Source: a virus
Lineage: Duplodnaviria > Caudoviricetes
DNA: 64,000 nt
IMG/VR virus record: IMGVR_UViG_3300013121_000024
Coordinates: 86,380 to 150,379 of that record
Strand: one strand, 5' to 3'
A program made the position numbers and the translations under genes. The notes below the pieces were generated by a model that saw only the letters and a list, made by a program, of their open reading frames with translations, made no database searches and had not been told where the DNA came from. Shown here piece after piece: positions 18,155 through 26,798 of the stretch; position 1 is the stretch's first letter; every line of letters starts with the position of its first letter.

Positions 18155-19204
18155 TCATTTCTTCTTTCGTCTCTTCTTTTTTGTTGCCGGTGGAATCATT
18201 GTGAAAACTTGTCCTCCGGCCCTCTTGGCCGCTTTGATCTTTCTAAGGTCTAACAGGTCTTTTTTCGAGATTCTTACGGAATTACCCGATTTTACCGGAT
18301 ATACCGTTTTTTGTTTCCTAGGCGGAAACTTATCTCTCGATCCAAGAGGTCGACCTACACCACGCTTTGCCATTTTTTGTGGCATGTCGGACAGTGGTAT
18401 AGGAGGTATAGGTGTTGTTTCCACTGGTGGATTCACAACACTGACCTTTTCTGGTTCTTTATTGTTTGGCACAATTGCACCCGACCTGGAGATCACATTG
18501 TTGTATGCAATAAGCATCAACACTGCGAACGGATCGAAAACAAGCACCAATACAACAATAAGGATTCGGACCGATTTTTCCAGTGTATCCTCCGAAGGAT
18601 TATCCTGGAAAAGTTGTGTTATGTATTTGAGTGGTCCTACTTCCGCTTCCAGTTTGCGCTGCATTGTTTTGGCGCGTATTAGACTTTCCTGGAGCGGTTC
18701 CAGTTCCTTTTCAAGAGTCCTCTTTCGCGATTCTAAATCCTTTCTATCGGACTTAGTAACACTAAGGGCCTCTTTTTCTCTTCCCTTCTTTAAGAGTCCG
18801 GTTACCACACTGGATTTTTCATCCAATTGGTTATTGATGCGGATCAATTCCTCTTTCTTTGGGTTGATTTTTGCTTTTAACAGCTCTACGGTTTCTGTGC
18901 CTTCTGACCCAATTTTGACCTGTTGGTCAATATGTGCCTTAGACAAATATCCGAACACACCCAAAGAGGTTATTCCCATAAGGAAAATAACCATGGCTAC
19001 GATGGGCATTTTAAGATGCCACCGAAGCACCGGCCAACGACGATTCAACCATGATACGGCTACAACCTTAGCTGTTTCCAGCAAGGTGCCCATGATAACC
19101 ACTGGCCAGTAAGAGGCGGGGAAGATGGTGGTTAGTCCTATTATGGAAAATAGGCCTGATACCACCGACAATGATAATGCTACCACGAGTAGCAGATTAT
19201 CCAT
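18155..19204 (-). CDS. Conserved phage membrane protein with coiled coil
   Basis: Three N-terminal TM helices, FGYLSKAH, EVGPLKYI, VFDPFAVLM. Confidence 0.7.
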   Translation of the reverse strand: MDNLLLVVALSLSVVSGLFSIIGLTTIFPASYWPVVIMGTLLETAKVVAVSWLNRRWPVLRWHLKMPIVAMVIFLMGITSLGVFGYLSKAHIDQQVKIGSEGTETVELLKAKINPKKEELIRINNQLDEKSSVVTGLLKKGREKEALSVTKSDRKDLESRKRTLEKELEPLQESLIRAKTMQRKLEAEVGPLKYITQLFQDNPSEDTLEKSVRILIVVLVLVFDPFAVLMLIAYNNVISRSGAIVPNNKEPEKVSVVNPPVETTPIPPIPLSDMPQKMAKRGVGRPLGSRDKFPPRKQKTVYPVKSGNSVRISKKDLLDLRKIKAAKRAGGQVFTMIPPATKKKRRKKK

Positions 19205-19310
19205 TGGTTCTCCTTCTTATGTTGTCAAAGAGAATGGGCCCACCTGGAGCCCATTTTTTAAAGATATCATATTTAGAAGGCTTTGGCAACCACCAAAAAA
19301 TAAAGCAAAA

Positions 19311-19628
19311 TCAAGAGGTTACGTTCACGGACATGTCAAATAATTTGTCAAACCGCTTAAGGACATCTCCAACAATTTTTGACCTTTGTGGCCAGTATAT
19401 ATGTGTTTTCTCAGGATTTTTCGACAGATTAACCAAAAGAGGCCTAATCATGTTTCTTATTTCGGTCATCCTTTTTCTATAAGCCGATTCCAAATCATTT
19501 TTTTCTGTTTCCTTAGACTTTACTTCTGTCCTTAACTGTAGTTCTACCTCTTTTAATTCATCCTCAGAGAGTAAACTGAATCCAAAATCATAATCAGAAG
19601 AACTTAATTCTAAGTTTCGGTCGGTCAT
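19311..19628 (-). CDS. Conserved T4-like hypothetical protein
   Basis: DFGFS...IRPLLVNLSKNPEKTHIYWPQR. Confidence 0.65.
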   Translation of the reverse strand: MTDRNLELSSSDYDFGFSLLSEDELKEVELQLRTEVKSKETEKNDLESAYRKRMTEIRNMIRPLLVNLSKNPEKTHIYWPQRSKIVGDVLKRFDKLFDMSVNVTS

Positions 19629-20656
19629 ATATTATTCCTCGGTGCCATCCAATCATCGTCCTGTGGCATATCAGTTCCATCCTCGTTCCTGTCTCTGAAA
19701 TACCTTCGAATATCATCTCTAAGCCTGATATAATTAGGTCTGTGTCTATTCAAAACATACATACCTTGAGCATCTTTGACAATATCCTTAAGTGGATCAT
19801 AATTATTCTTAGTTATAATACCCCAACGCTCAATATATTTTCTATTCTTTTTGGAACCGTGCCAATAATGAGTTATGATACCAGGAACATAACCTACGTT
19901 TCTTTGCAGCACATAATCCGCGGCTTCTTGCCAATTCATCACGGAATCTCGATAAGCCGGTGAAATTTGGCCAGGCAAACTTTTCTTTGCTTGTCCTATT
20001 AATGATAAGGCCATATGGTGATCTCCCGCACCTAGAATGGCCTTATCAAATAATGGAAGCTTATCTATTACTTCCCTTCTAGCCGCCCAAGCAAATCCTG
20101 GATGCCAGAAAGCGCCTTTGGAAGCTCCATAATATCCACCATGTCCGGAATTCTGGGGTGGATAATTTTGATTCTGGAAATAACTCCACATAAATCCATT
20201 GTGTTTTTGTATCGGTTCCATGTTTGGTCCCAAGTCCAGGGCATGTGAGAACATTTGAACAATTCCATAGTGTTGCAATTGTTGTGCAGTCTCCAATAAA
20301 ATATCGCGTCTCTGAAAATGTATATCACCATCAATCCAAGCCACATATTGCCAGTCTGGATCATACTGACATAGTTGTTGTATTCCTATATTGATCATGT
20401 TTTCTTTATGCCACAGTTCTTCATTAGTCCTTAACTGTATATGTAAAGGATTATCTCTTTCCGTGACAACAAATGGCCTTCTTCCAAAAGCCTGTTCGAC
20501 CGGCATAAATTTGGCGCCTAAATCTGTTATATGACGCTCAAATTCTTTATATAGGTTGTATCTGGTTCGATATCGGATAGGATTAGATATAACGGAAATT
20601 ACGTAAAACCTTGATATATCCAACTTATTTACGGGGTGATCAAATTCTCTTTGCAT
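19625..20656 (-). CDS. Glycosyltransferase-like protein (GT-A fold)
   Basis: WHKENMIN, YVAWIDGDIHF (DxD), GFAWA, HYWHG; TAATG coupling to the gp43 stop. Confidence 0.65.
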   Translation of the reverse strand: MQREFDHPVNKLDISRFYVISVISNPIRYRTRYNLYKEFERHITDLGAKFMPVEQAFGRRPFVVTERDNPLHIQLRTNEELWHKENMINIGIQQLCQYDPDWQYVAWIDGDIHFQRRDILLETAQQLQHYGIVQMFSHALDLGPNMEPIQKHNGFMWSYFQNQNYPPQNSGHGGYYGASKGAFWHPGFAWAARREVIDKLPLFDKAILGAGDHHMALSLIGQAKKSLPGQISPAYRDSVMNWQEAADYVLQRNVGYVPGIITHYWHGSKKNRKYIERWGIITKNNYDPLKDIVKDAQGMYVLNRHRPNYIRLRDDIRRYFRDRNEDGTDMPQDDDWMAPRNNI

Positions 20657-23142
20657 TAAAAAAAGCTCTCCAATGAAGATGTGTACTCGGTCTTCCATTT
20701 AATTATATCTAGAAACGATTTAATGGGGTTGAGAAATGTTTTCTCAAATTGTATGTCTCTATCAATATATTTATCCAAACCAAATTCTTTCGGTAGAGTG
20801 CCCGGAAAAGATATGGCGTGCTTCTGTGTTGGATTTTGCTTTTTAAGGTATACCCATTTAATTTTGTCCGTGTCATAAATTGGTGAATAAACCTTTTCAA
20901 CCCCGTATTGTACCAGCATATCATTGTACACTTTAGCACCTGCAACATGAATAGGAACACTATCTTCTTTGTATAAGTACTTGTTTAATCCATTGATGCC
21001 GCGGGGAAATGAAATTTTCTCCACAGGCAACGAATCAAACTCTTTTCGGAAATCCTCAATATAAGCCAACATAGTTTCCTCATCACGTGTCATAATTATA
21101 TTCAATGCTTCTTTGAGTTTTGATCTGCAAGCCTCAGGAGTTGAACTTCGTACCGTTTCGATGCCCATCATTTTCAACTTAGGCTTCTGATATCTCTCTC
21201 CTTCCTCATCCCAGACATTGAACACATAGTTTTTCTTAGCTCTCCAAAGTGCACGATCACCAATGTTTTCACGTTTCATGTGAAGCACATCTTTGTAAGC
21301 ATTTGTATTTTGCATCAGTTTGGATGTAAGGGATTTAATTTCAGGCGCCAGAAACTCTTCCGAAAACTGGTCCAATTGAGTTATACGGTCGATACCATCA
21401 CATTTAGGTAGTGTATGGAGTGTAATATACAAGCTATCGGTGTCGGATGCAATAACATAGTCCACATTAGAAGTACTAAAATGTTTGTTCAAGAAGGCAT
21501 TTATACCCTTTTCCACCCACATAATAGCCATCTGGCCTGACATTGTGATAGCAGAGGAGTCATCTGTTGAAAAATATCTGAATCCAGGATTTGCCATAGC
21601 GCCATATGCACTATTCAGCTTAATTTTCTGCGCCAATTGCCAATTGTTAAATTTTACTATATTGTTTTTATTTTCTTGACTAGGGGATATTTTGTCCAAA
21701 TTTTTATACTTGTTCAGTTCTTTTCTGTACTGTTTTCTGTTCTCGAATTGCATTTCCATAAGACGTGGAAAAATACCATGAATATCCTTTCGATAAAAAG
21801 CTCCATTACCACACACAGCAACATTAGTAAATACATTACCACTTAGGTCTACAATATCTTTTACCTTTCTGCCGGCCAGTGCTTGTTCCACTGTGAAATC
21901 GGACTTGCCCAGGAATGTTTCAGGACTAATATTGTAAGCCATGATCAAATGTGGATAAAGGCTTGTAAAATCAAAAGAGACCACATCCGTGTACATTGCT
22001 GGTATAATGTCTTTCACGTGGGCTCCAGGAATACTCACGTTATACTGGTGTGGTTTATTTTGAGGCACCACAATATTCTCGGACATCAATTGGTTGTGTG
22101 TTATCACGTCCCACAAGTGCACACTTGTCATACCATCATTCAAGTTAACCTTTCCATCATACGCAATGGTGAACACCAATTCCAGGAACTTATTCTTCAC
22201 CTCTATTTCGTATACGCTATCCACGTCAACAATGTTATATTCTATGAACCCCTGAGGATCCTTTTCGTAAAATTCCATTAATGTTTTGAATCGGTGTTTC
22301 CATTCAATCTTGGGTGTTGGAACTTTCTCATGTCTAGAAACAAATCCCAAATTATATTCCTCTAATTGGTTTTTGTTGAATTTTTTGTACACATCTATGT
22401 AATCAAGTACCGAAACTCCAAGAGGTGTATAAATGGTGTGTTCTTTGTTCCTTATGTTTACTTTGCGTTCTGAAAGTATGCCCCAAGGTGACATTTTCTT
22501 AACTTCATCTGGTCCCAATATATTGGTGATACGGTTAACAAGGTAAGGCATATCGAACAGGTCAATGTACCATCCTGTAATTACGTCTGGTCTATATTTT
22601 TCTGATGTAAAAAGAGCTATTAATCCCTGTAAAAGTTTAGTTTCTGTATCAAATTTTATGTAGGTGATGTTTTCATCATTTGGTGTATAATCAACCAATC
22701 CCAGAACAATCCGTCTATTTTTGATCCTAATGGTTATAGAAATGATAGTCTGGTCTGCCTTTTCAATGTCCGGAAATGATCCATCGTTGGTTGTCTCGAT
22801 ATCGATATACCAGACCACCATCTGGTCAGGATCAAACTCTATGACTTTTGGCCAGTTGTCATTGATGAATGGATACACATATCTGTTGAATCCGTATATG
22901 GGAAATCCATGTACACCTTCATATTTCTTCTGGAAATTACGGGCTTCAGAGATACTGTTGAAGACTTTCTTTTGCACAGACTTACCGTCCAGTGTGCGAT
23001 ACTTCGTGTCGTTTTGACCTGATGTTGTGGTAATGAATAGGTAGGGTTTATAACGGACCGTTTGTTTATACCTCTTACCATCTCGATATCCACAGACGAG
23101 AATGTTATTTTTTATTTGTTGTACGTTGGTGTAAAAATCCAT
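20656..23142 (-). CDS. gp43: DNA polymerase, family B (T4 gp43)
   Basis: DIET exonuclease motif, SFDFTSLYP, KIKLNSAYG, DTDS, KKNY. Confidence 0.97.
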   Translation of the reverse strand: MDFYTNVQQIKNNILVCGYRDGKRYKQTVRYKPYLFITTTSGQNDTKYRTLDGKSVQKKVFNSISEARNFQKKYEGVHGFPIYGFNRYVYPFINDNWPKVIEFDPDQMVVWYIDIETTNDGSFPDIEKADQTIISITIRIKNRRIVLGLVDYTPNDENITYIKFDTETKLLQGLIALFTSEKYRPDVITGWYIDLFDMPYLVNRITNILGPDEVKKMSPWGILSERKVNIRNKEHTIYTPLGVSVLDYIDVYKKFNKNQLEEYNLGFVSRHEKVPTPKIEWKHRFKTLMEFYEKDPQGFIEYNIVDVDSVYEIEVKNKFLELVFTIAYDGKVNLNDGMTSVHLWDVITHNQLMSENIVVPQNKPHQYNVSIPGAHVKDIIPAMYTDVVSFDFTSLYPHLIMAYNISPETFLGKSDFTVEQALAGRKVKDIVDLSGNVFTNVAVCGNGAFYRKDIHGIFPRLMEMQFENRKQYRKELNKYKNLDKISPSQENKNNIVKFNNWQLAQKIKLNSAYGAMANPGFRYFSTDDSSAITMSGQMAIMWVEKGINAFLNKHFSTSNVDYVIASDTDSLYITLHTLPKCDGIDRITQLDQFSEEFLAPEIKSLTSKLMQNTNAYKDVLHMKRENIGDRALWRAKKNYVFNVWDEEGERYQKPKLKMMGIETVRSSTPEACRSKLKEALNIIMTRDEETMLAYIEDFRKEFDSLPVEKISFPRGINGLNKYLYKEDSVPIHVAGAKVYNDMLVQYGVEKVYSPIYDTDKIKWVYLKKQNPTQKHAISFPGTLPKEFGLDKYIDRDIQFEKTFLNPIKSFLDIIKWKTEYTSSLESFF

Positions 23143-23159
23143 TAAAACAGTAACTCCAA

Positions 23160-23187
23160 TAAAAAAGCCGGACCTCTCGGTCCGGCT
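23160..23187 (-). terminator. Hairpin (GAGA loop) plus T run directly before the gp43 RBS; terminator or translational operator
   Basis: AGCCGGACC-GAGA-GGTCCGGCT-TTTTT then GGAG. Confidence 0.65.
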
Positions 23188-23188
23188 C

Positions 23189-23217
23189 AATATAGGCTAA
23201 ACACACAGACTTGGCAA
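23189..23217 (-). promoter_or_regulatory. Sigma70-like promoter for gp43 (TTGCCA-17-TATATT)
   Basis: Consensus match. Confidence 0.65.
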
Positions 23218-23226
23218 CAGCTTTCG

Positions 23227-23460
23227 TTAGTTTAATCCAATAGTGTCCAAAAATTTCCTAGCATCTTCCCTTGTTTCAAATACATCAAACTTAGACTTAC
23301 CTTCCTCATCTGGAATTGAGATGGCACAATGCCATCCTTCAATCTCAGCTATGGCCCCCAAACAGCCGCGGGCCTTTGAATTGTGCATCCTGGACTTTTT
23401 AAGGAAAGTATTTTTGAACACGTCATCTTGTATTGTTGTTTTGGTTGTATTTTCATCCAT
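23227..23460 (-). CDS. Hypothetical protein
   Basis: 77 aa ORF in operon orientation. Confidence 0.55.
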   Translation of the reverse strand: MDENTTKTTIQDDVFKNTFLKKSRMHNSKARGCLGAIAEIEGWHCAISIPDEEGKSKFDVFETREDARKFLDTIGLN

Positions 23461-23467
23461 TTTTTAG

Positions 23468-23677
23468 TTATCCTTCTTCATCATTTAATAAAAGTTCTAC
23501 CAATTCTTTTCCTTTACTAGTTAAACGCCAGTAGAACTCTCCACTTTCACCTCTCCAACAAAAAAGTAGTCCCTTTTTATATAGGGACTTCAAATCTTCT
23601 TTCAGGAGAAGTGCATCAATAGGTATTTCCGATAAAGCCTGTTCGACCAGGGCATCTTGCTTTTCAATTTCATTCAT
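23468..23677 (-). CDS. Hypothetical protein (winged-helix-like C-terminus)
   Basis: LYKKGLL...YWRLTSKGKEL. Confidence 0.5.
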   Translation of the reverse strand: MNEIEKQDALVEQALSEIPIDALLLKEDLKSLYKKGLLFCWRGESGEFYWRLTSKGKELVELLLNDEEG

Positions 23678-23694
23678 GCAAATCACCAGTTTTT

Positions 23695-23770
23695 TGGAGC
23701 GGATGGCCCGTAACGCTCGGGTCCTCTTTAGCTTGGAAGGCTAAGGCACATCTATCTATACCACATCCGC
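23695..23770 (-). tRNA. tRNA-Gly (TCC), atypical T loop
   Basis: Acceptor GCGGATG/CATCCGC, U73, CCA; anticodon arm TTAGC-CTTCCAA-GCTAA; T loop AGCGTTA. Confidence 0.8.
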
Positions 23771-23812
23771 ATTAAACTTTATATAACGTTTACATCTATC
23801 CATTTTAAAAAA

Positions 23813-23890
23813 TGGCGAGGGTGGTAGGATTCGAACCCACGATCATGGTTTTGGAGACCATTGCTTTAGGCCAGGCTAAGCTACACCGAC
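23813..23890 (-). tRNA. tRNA-Trp (CCA)
   Basis: ATGGT-CTCCAAA-ACCAT, GGTTCGAATCC T arm, CCA end; two acceptor-stem mismatches. Confidence 0.85.
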
Positions 23891-23909
23891 ATAACTCTAT
23901 TATAGAGAA

Positions 23910-24098
23910 CTATATATCCTCTCTATTAGATAAGATCGTACATGGACCAAATCCAGTCCAAACAATTGACAACACTGTGACAAATGCTCCTGCCAGAAAT
24001 GACAGGATAGTTATAGTACCTGTCAAGTCATAGGCCTTGTATAACCAGTTATAGGCCTTATATCGCCAGTTTGGAATTGTATTCTTAGTCTCGGTCAT
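23910..24098 (-). CDS. Small membrane protein within the tRNA cluster
   Basis: MTETKN...ITILSFLAGAFVTVLSIVW; the longer ORF start lies inside a tRNA. Confidence 0.5.
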   Translation of the reverse strand: MTETKNTIPNWRYKAYNWLYKAYDLTGTITILSFLAGAFVTVLSIVWTGFGPCTILSNREDI

Positions 24099-24127
24099 AT
24101 GTTCACGCCTATTAATTCTAAATGAAA

Positions 24128-24201
24128 TGGCACCAGATGAAGGTATCGATCCCTCGTCTTCGGGTTTGGAATCCGACATTCTACCATTGAACTAACCTGG
24201 T
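24128..24201 (-). tRNA. tRNA-Trp (CCA), second copy
   Basis: ACCAGGT/ATCTGGT, G73, CCA; anticodon loop TTCCAAA; T loop ATCGATA. Confidence 0.8.
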
Positions 24202-24207
24202 ATAGCT

Positions 24208-24283
24208 TGGTCCCTATCGCTGGTGCTGACCCAGCATTAAGAGCCTTATGAGGACTCCGCGGTCACCGTCCCGCCCGATAGGG
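24208..24283 (-). tRNA. tRNA with CAT anticodon (Met or Ile2), atypical
   Basis: CCCTATC/GATAGGG acceptor, GAGTC-CTCATAA-GGCTC, T arm GCTGG-GTCAGCA-CCAGC, CCA. Confidence 0.75.
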
Positions 24284-24288
24284 TTAAT

Positions 24289-24360
24289 TGGTAGCAGAGC
24301 CACGAGTCGAACGTGGAGAGTCCGATTTATGAGACCGGATGGAGGCCCCCTCTCCCTGCT
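24289..24360 (-). tRNA. tRNA with CAT anticodon (Met or Ile2), shortened D arm
   Basis: AGCAGGG/CTCTGCT, CCGGT-CTCATAA-ATCGG, CCACG-TTCGACT-CGTGG, CCA. Confidence 0.75.
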
Positions 24361-24374
24361 ATAAAACTTAGAAT

Positions 24375-24492
24375 TAGCGCCGGTTTTTTTCAAGGAAGTG
24401 GTTAAGAGACACAATCTCTTCCGGCAACTTCCTGCCTGATGCCAGAACGCTATAAACTGTATCTGGCTCCCGCCTATTACATAGGTGGGTAA
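24375..24492 (-). ncRNA. Candidate structured RNA (pseudoknotted) at the head of the tRNA operon
   Basis: Four nested stems plus loop-to-tail pairing between the promoter and the first tRNA. Confidence 0.4.
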
Positions 24493-24508
24493 TCATTTAA
24501 CTATGATC

Positions 24509-24537
24509 ATAGTAGACCATGTTGTTACGTTTGGCAA
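24509..24537 (-). promoter_or_regulatory. Sigma70-like promoter of the tRNA cluster (TTGCCA-17-TACTAT)
   Basis: Consensus match. Confidence 0.65.
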
Positions 24538-24544
24538 CTGGTAT

Positions 24545-24925
24545 TTAGCCAATGTTTCCAGGTACTTCTACGACCTCGCCCACCTTGGCGCCGAGTATCT
24601 TCTGGACGGCTTTCTTGGTGGCGTCGGACACTTCATGTTCCAAAGCGAGCTTCTTTGGAGCCTTTGGAATCATATTCTGTAAAGCGCCGTTGACCATTTG
24701 TGCGATGACATTAAATGGAAATACAGAATCTTTACCGATAACATCAAGATTTCCAGTAATATCAAACACATTACCCTTTATTGTTAGAGTAATGACATTT
24801 GTTCCGGTCAAATTTGATCCCCATTCGATTTTGTATACTCCAGGTGCAGTTTTGGTCATTTTATAAGTAGGATGAAATGCACCAATAGAAGTAAAAATCG
24901 AAGTTAGTGACGAAAGAAAAGACAT
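24545..24925 (-). CDS. Hypothetical protein (late promoter upstream)
   Basis: 126 aa; TATAAATA at 24974-24981. Confidence 0.6.
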   Translation of the reverse strand: MSFLSSLTSIFTSIGAFHPTYKMTKTAPGVYKIEWGSNLTGTNVITLTIKGNVFDITGNLDVIGKDSVFPFNVIAQMVNGALQNMIPKAPKKLALEHEVSDATKKAVQKILGAKVGEVVEVPGNIG

Positions 24926-25011
24926 TGCTATTTACCTTTCAAATTGTTTGTTGTTGTGATCTACTTGTACTGGTATTTATACCAGGAGGATCCTGAATCC
25001 GACTGGTTCCA

Positions 25012-25422
25012 TTACAAAATTCCATAACCAGAACCATCAAGGGTGTAGACGACCCTTTTGATTCCGAATTCAGCAATGGCCCTCTCGCAGCCTTCACAAG
25101 GCTTAGCCAAACCAAAAATAAGGGTTTTGTCAGTGGGAGAAGGATATTTCACCCGGACCACGTAAAGTGTAGACTTGGCAATTTCTTCCAAGGAATGGAG
25201 GTACAACGCATTCTTGATTGCACTTGTTTCCGCGTGCAAAAAAATACTCTCAGCATTCCTTTGAAATTTTACCTGGAAAGGATGTGTTTTCCTGGAGTTT
25301 ACTCCAAAGGAAATCATATCACCTTTGTATACCAGGCCGGCCGCAATACGGGCACCGGCCACCGGTTCTGCACCGGCGGCTAAGTTGACCAGTAAATTAA
25401 TGTATTTTTCGTCTTTTGTCAT
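25012..25422 (-). CDS. Cytidine/dCMP deaminase-family protein
   Basis: LHAE and KPCEGC zinc motifs; start at MTKD. Confidence 0.85.
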   Translation of the reverse strand: MTKDEKYINLLVNLAAGAEPVAGARIAAGLVYKGDMISFGVNSRKTHPFQVKFQRNAESIFLHAETSAIKNALYLHSLEEIAKSTLYVVRVKYPSPTDKTLIFGLAKPCEGCERAIAEFGIKRVVYTLDGSGYGIL

Positions 25423-25424
25423 CG

Positions 25425-25556
25425 CTAGTCTGGGTACCGATGTACTATCACTGCCACAAACAATAACAAACCCCAACCATCATGACCACTGACCGCCACG
25501 ATAATAGCGCCAACAACACATAGGGCCGAAAGATAATCTGATAAATTTGGTACCAT
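25425..25556 (-). CDS. 43-aa membrane microprotein (not in the ORF track)
   Basis: MVPNLSDYLSALCVVGAIIVAVSGHDGWGLLLFVAVIVHRYPD; stop 2 nt before the deaminase ATG. Confidence 0.55.
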   Translation of the reverse strand: MVPNLSDYLSALCVVGAIIVAVSGHDGWGLLLFVAVIVHRYPD

Positions 25557-25667
25557 GATTTTCACTTCCAAATCCGTTTTTGACTAGTTGCTCACGTAAC
25601 TCTTGTTACGTGACCGCATGCCATGGCATGGCACCGAACTATACCATATCTCGGTTAATTTTTATTC

Positions 25668-25695
25668 ATAATACAACCCTGGTTGGCCATGTCAA
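25668..25695 (-). promoter_or_regulatory. Sigma70-like promoter (TTGACA-16-TATTAT)
   Basis: Consensus match downstream of regA. Confidence 0.6.
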
Positions 25696-25725
25696 CCAGT
25701 AAAATTTCCTTATAAATTCAATAGG

Positions 25726-26163
25726 TTAAATCTTCCGTCCTACCTGGTACTTACAAATTAGCTTCCAATCATCCTTTTCATCATAGTGTAATATTTTAAT
25801 CTGAGACATTGGCGCCCGGGGTGATACAATAGAGTTTGGATTTTCTAAAGTAGCCAAGCCCCAGTCCACAAGTAATGAGGCAATAGTATTACGTCGGCCG
25901 AGATCATCTTGTGTTATATCTGTTGGTTTTCCGTCAAGTGCGAAAAGCTCTTTGAAGTGTACAATAGCATATTTACCTTGTTTATGGAGGATATGACAAC
26001 TCTGGTACAGTGTATTGTCTTTCTTGGATGCAATACCTATCCTAGATAGAGTCTCTTTAATCTTAAGAAAATCTTCCGGTGTCTTCAACTTGACCCATAC
26101 AAAACTATTCAGTAGCTTATTTTGTGTGTTATCACTTTTATTTTTATCGTTACCAACTACCAT
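25726..26163 (-). CDS. regA: Translational repressor RegA
   Basis: DFLKIKETLSRIGIAS, LYQSCHILHKQGKYAIVHFKELF. Confidence 0.97.
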   Translation of the reverse strand: MVVGNDKNKSDNTQNKLLNSFVWVKLKTPEDFLKIKETLSRIGIASKKDNTLYQSCHILHKQGKYAIVHFKELFALDGKPTDITQDDLGRRNTIASLLVDWGLATLENPNSIVSPRAPMSQIKILHYDEKDDWKLICKYQVGRKI

Positions 26164-26188
26164 TTCTATTACCTTTTCATTCGGAAGA

Positions 26189-26575
26189 CTATGTGTTCTG
26201 TCCTCCTTCGCCTAATCTAGTTTTCAATTCGGCAATCTGATCTTTAGTCAAAGCTTTCACCGCAGATTTTGCCTTACTTCTATTTAGCTGGTAATATTTC
26301 ATAACAATATCAATGTTAGAATCTGGCATTTTTTTGGCCCACTTTGAAAATCTTTTTCTAGGACGCAAAGCATAATAATAATAGTCAAATTGCAATTTTT
26401 TATCGAGTATAGGTGAAAGATTCATCTCTTCGGAAAACAATATTGTATCAGCAAAATAAGAGAAAAAACGGTTTATTAGAAACGGAGAATAATTCTTTTC
26501 GTCCTCGTCCGTTTCCATTATATATTTCTTATTATGTCCGGCCGCATGGGCATAATCAAAAGGATTACTTACCAT
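26189..26575 (-). CDS. gp62: Clamp loader small subunit (gp62)
   Basis: YSPFLINRFFSYFADT...RPRKRFSKW; position between gp44 and regA. Confidence 0.9.
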   Translation of the reverse strand: MVSNPFDYAHAAGHNKKYIMETDEDEKNYSPFLINRFFSYFADTILFSEEMNLSPILDKKLQFDYYYYALRPRKRFSKWAKKMPDSNIDIVMKYYQLNRSKAKSAVKALTKDQIAELKTRLGEGGQNT

Positions 26576-26798
26576 GCTCTAAATCCTTTTTATAGATTTT
26601 CTTATAATCATCCAGTAAGATGGAACAATTTTCACATATATGCAATTTGAGTATACCATCCGAACACTTCAAATTTATATAATTTGACTTGGGGTCATAA
26701 ACATCAAATATTTCACCACACATGTGACATCGAGTTTTTTTACCAGAAAACAACTTCCATATATTTTGTAACATTTGTTGTAGGCGTTCCATCATCAC
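26565..26798 (-). CDS. Small zinc-ribbon protein
   Basis: CHMC...ICENC. Confidence 0.55.
   Translation of the reverse strand: MMMERLQQMLQNIWKLFSGKKTRCHMCGEIFDVYDPKSNYINLKCSDGILKLHICENCSILLDDYKKIYKKDLEHGK

Noticed and set aside
18039-19112. 357-aa plus-strand ORF
   Set aside because: Antisense to a conserved membrane-protein gene and crosses a promoter and terminator
19232-19260. Possible terminator hairpin
   Set aside because: Imperfect stem, and the T run is on the non-transcribed strand
23812-24414. Short ORFs at 23812-24033, 24214-24414 and the N-terminal extension of 23910-24179
   Set aside because: They overlap tRNA genes
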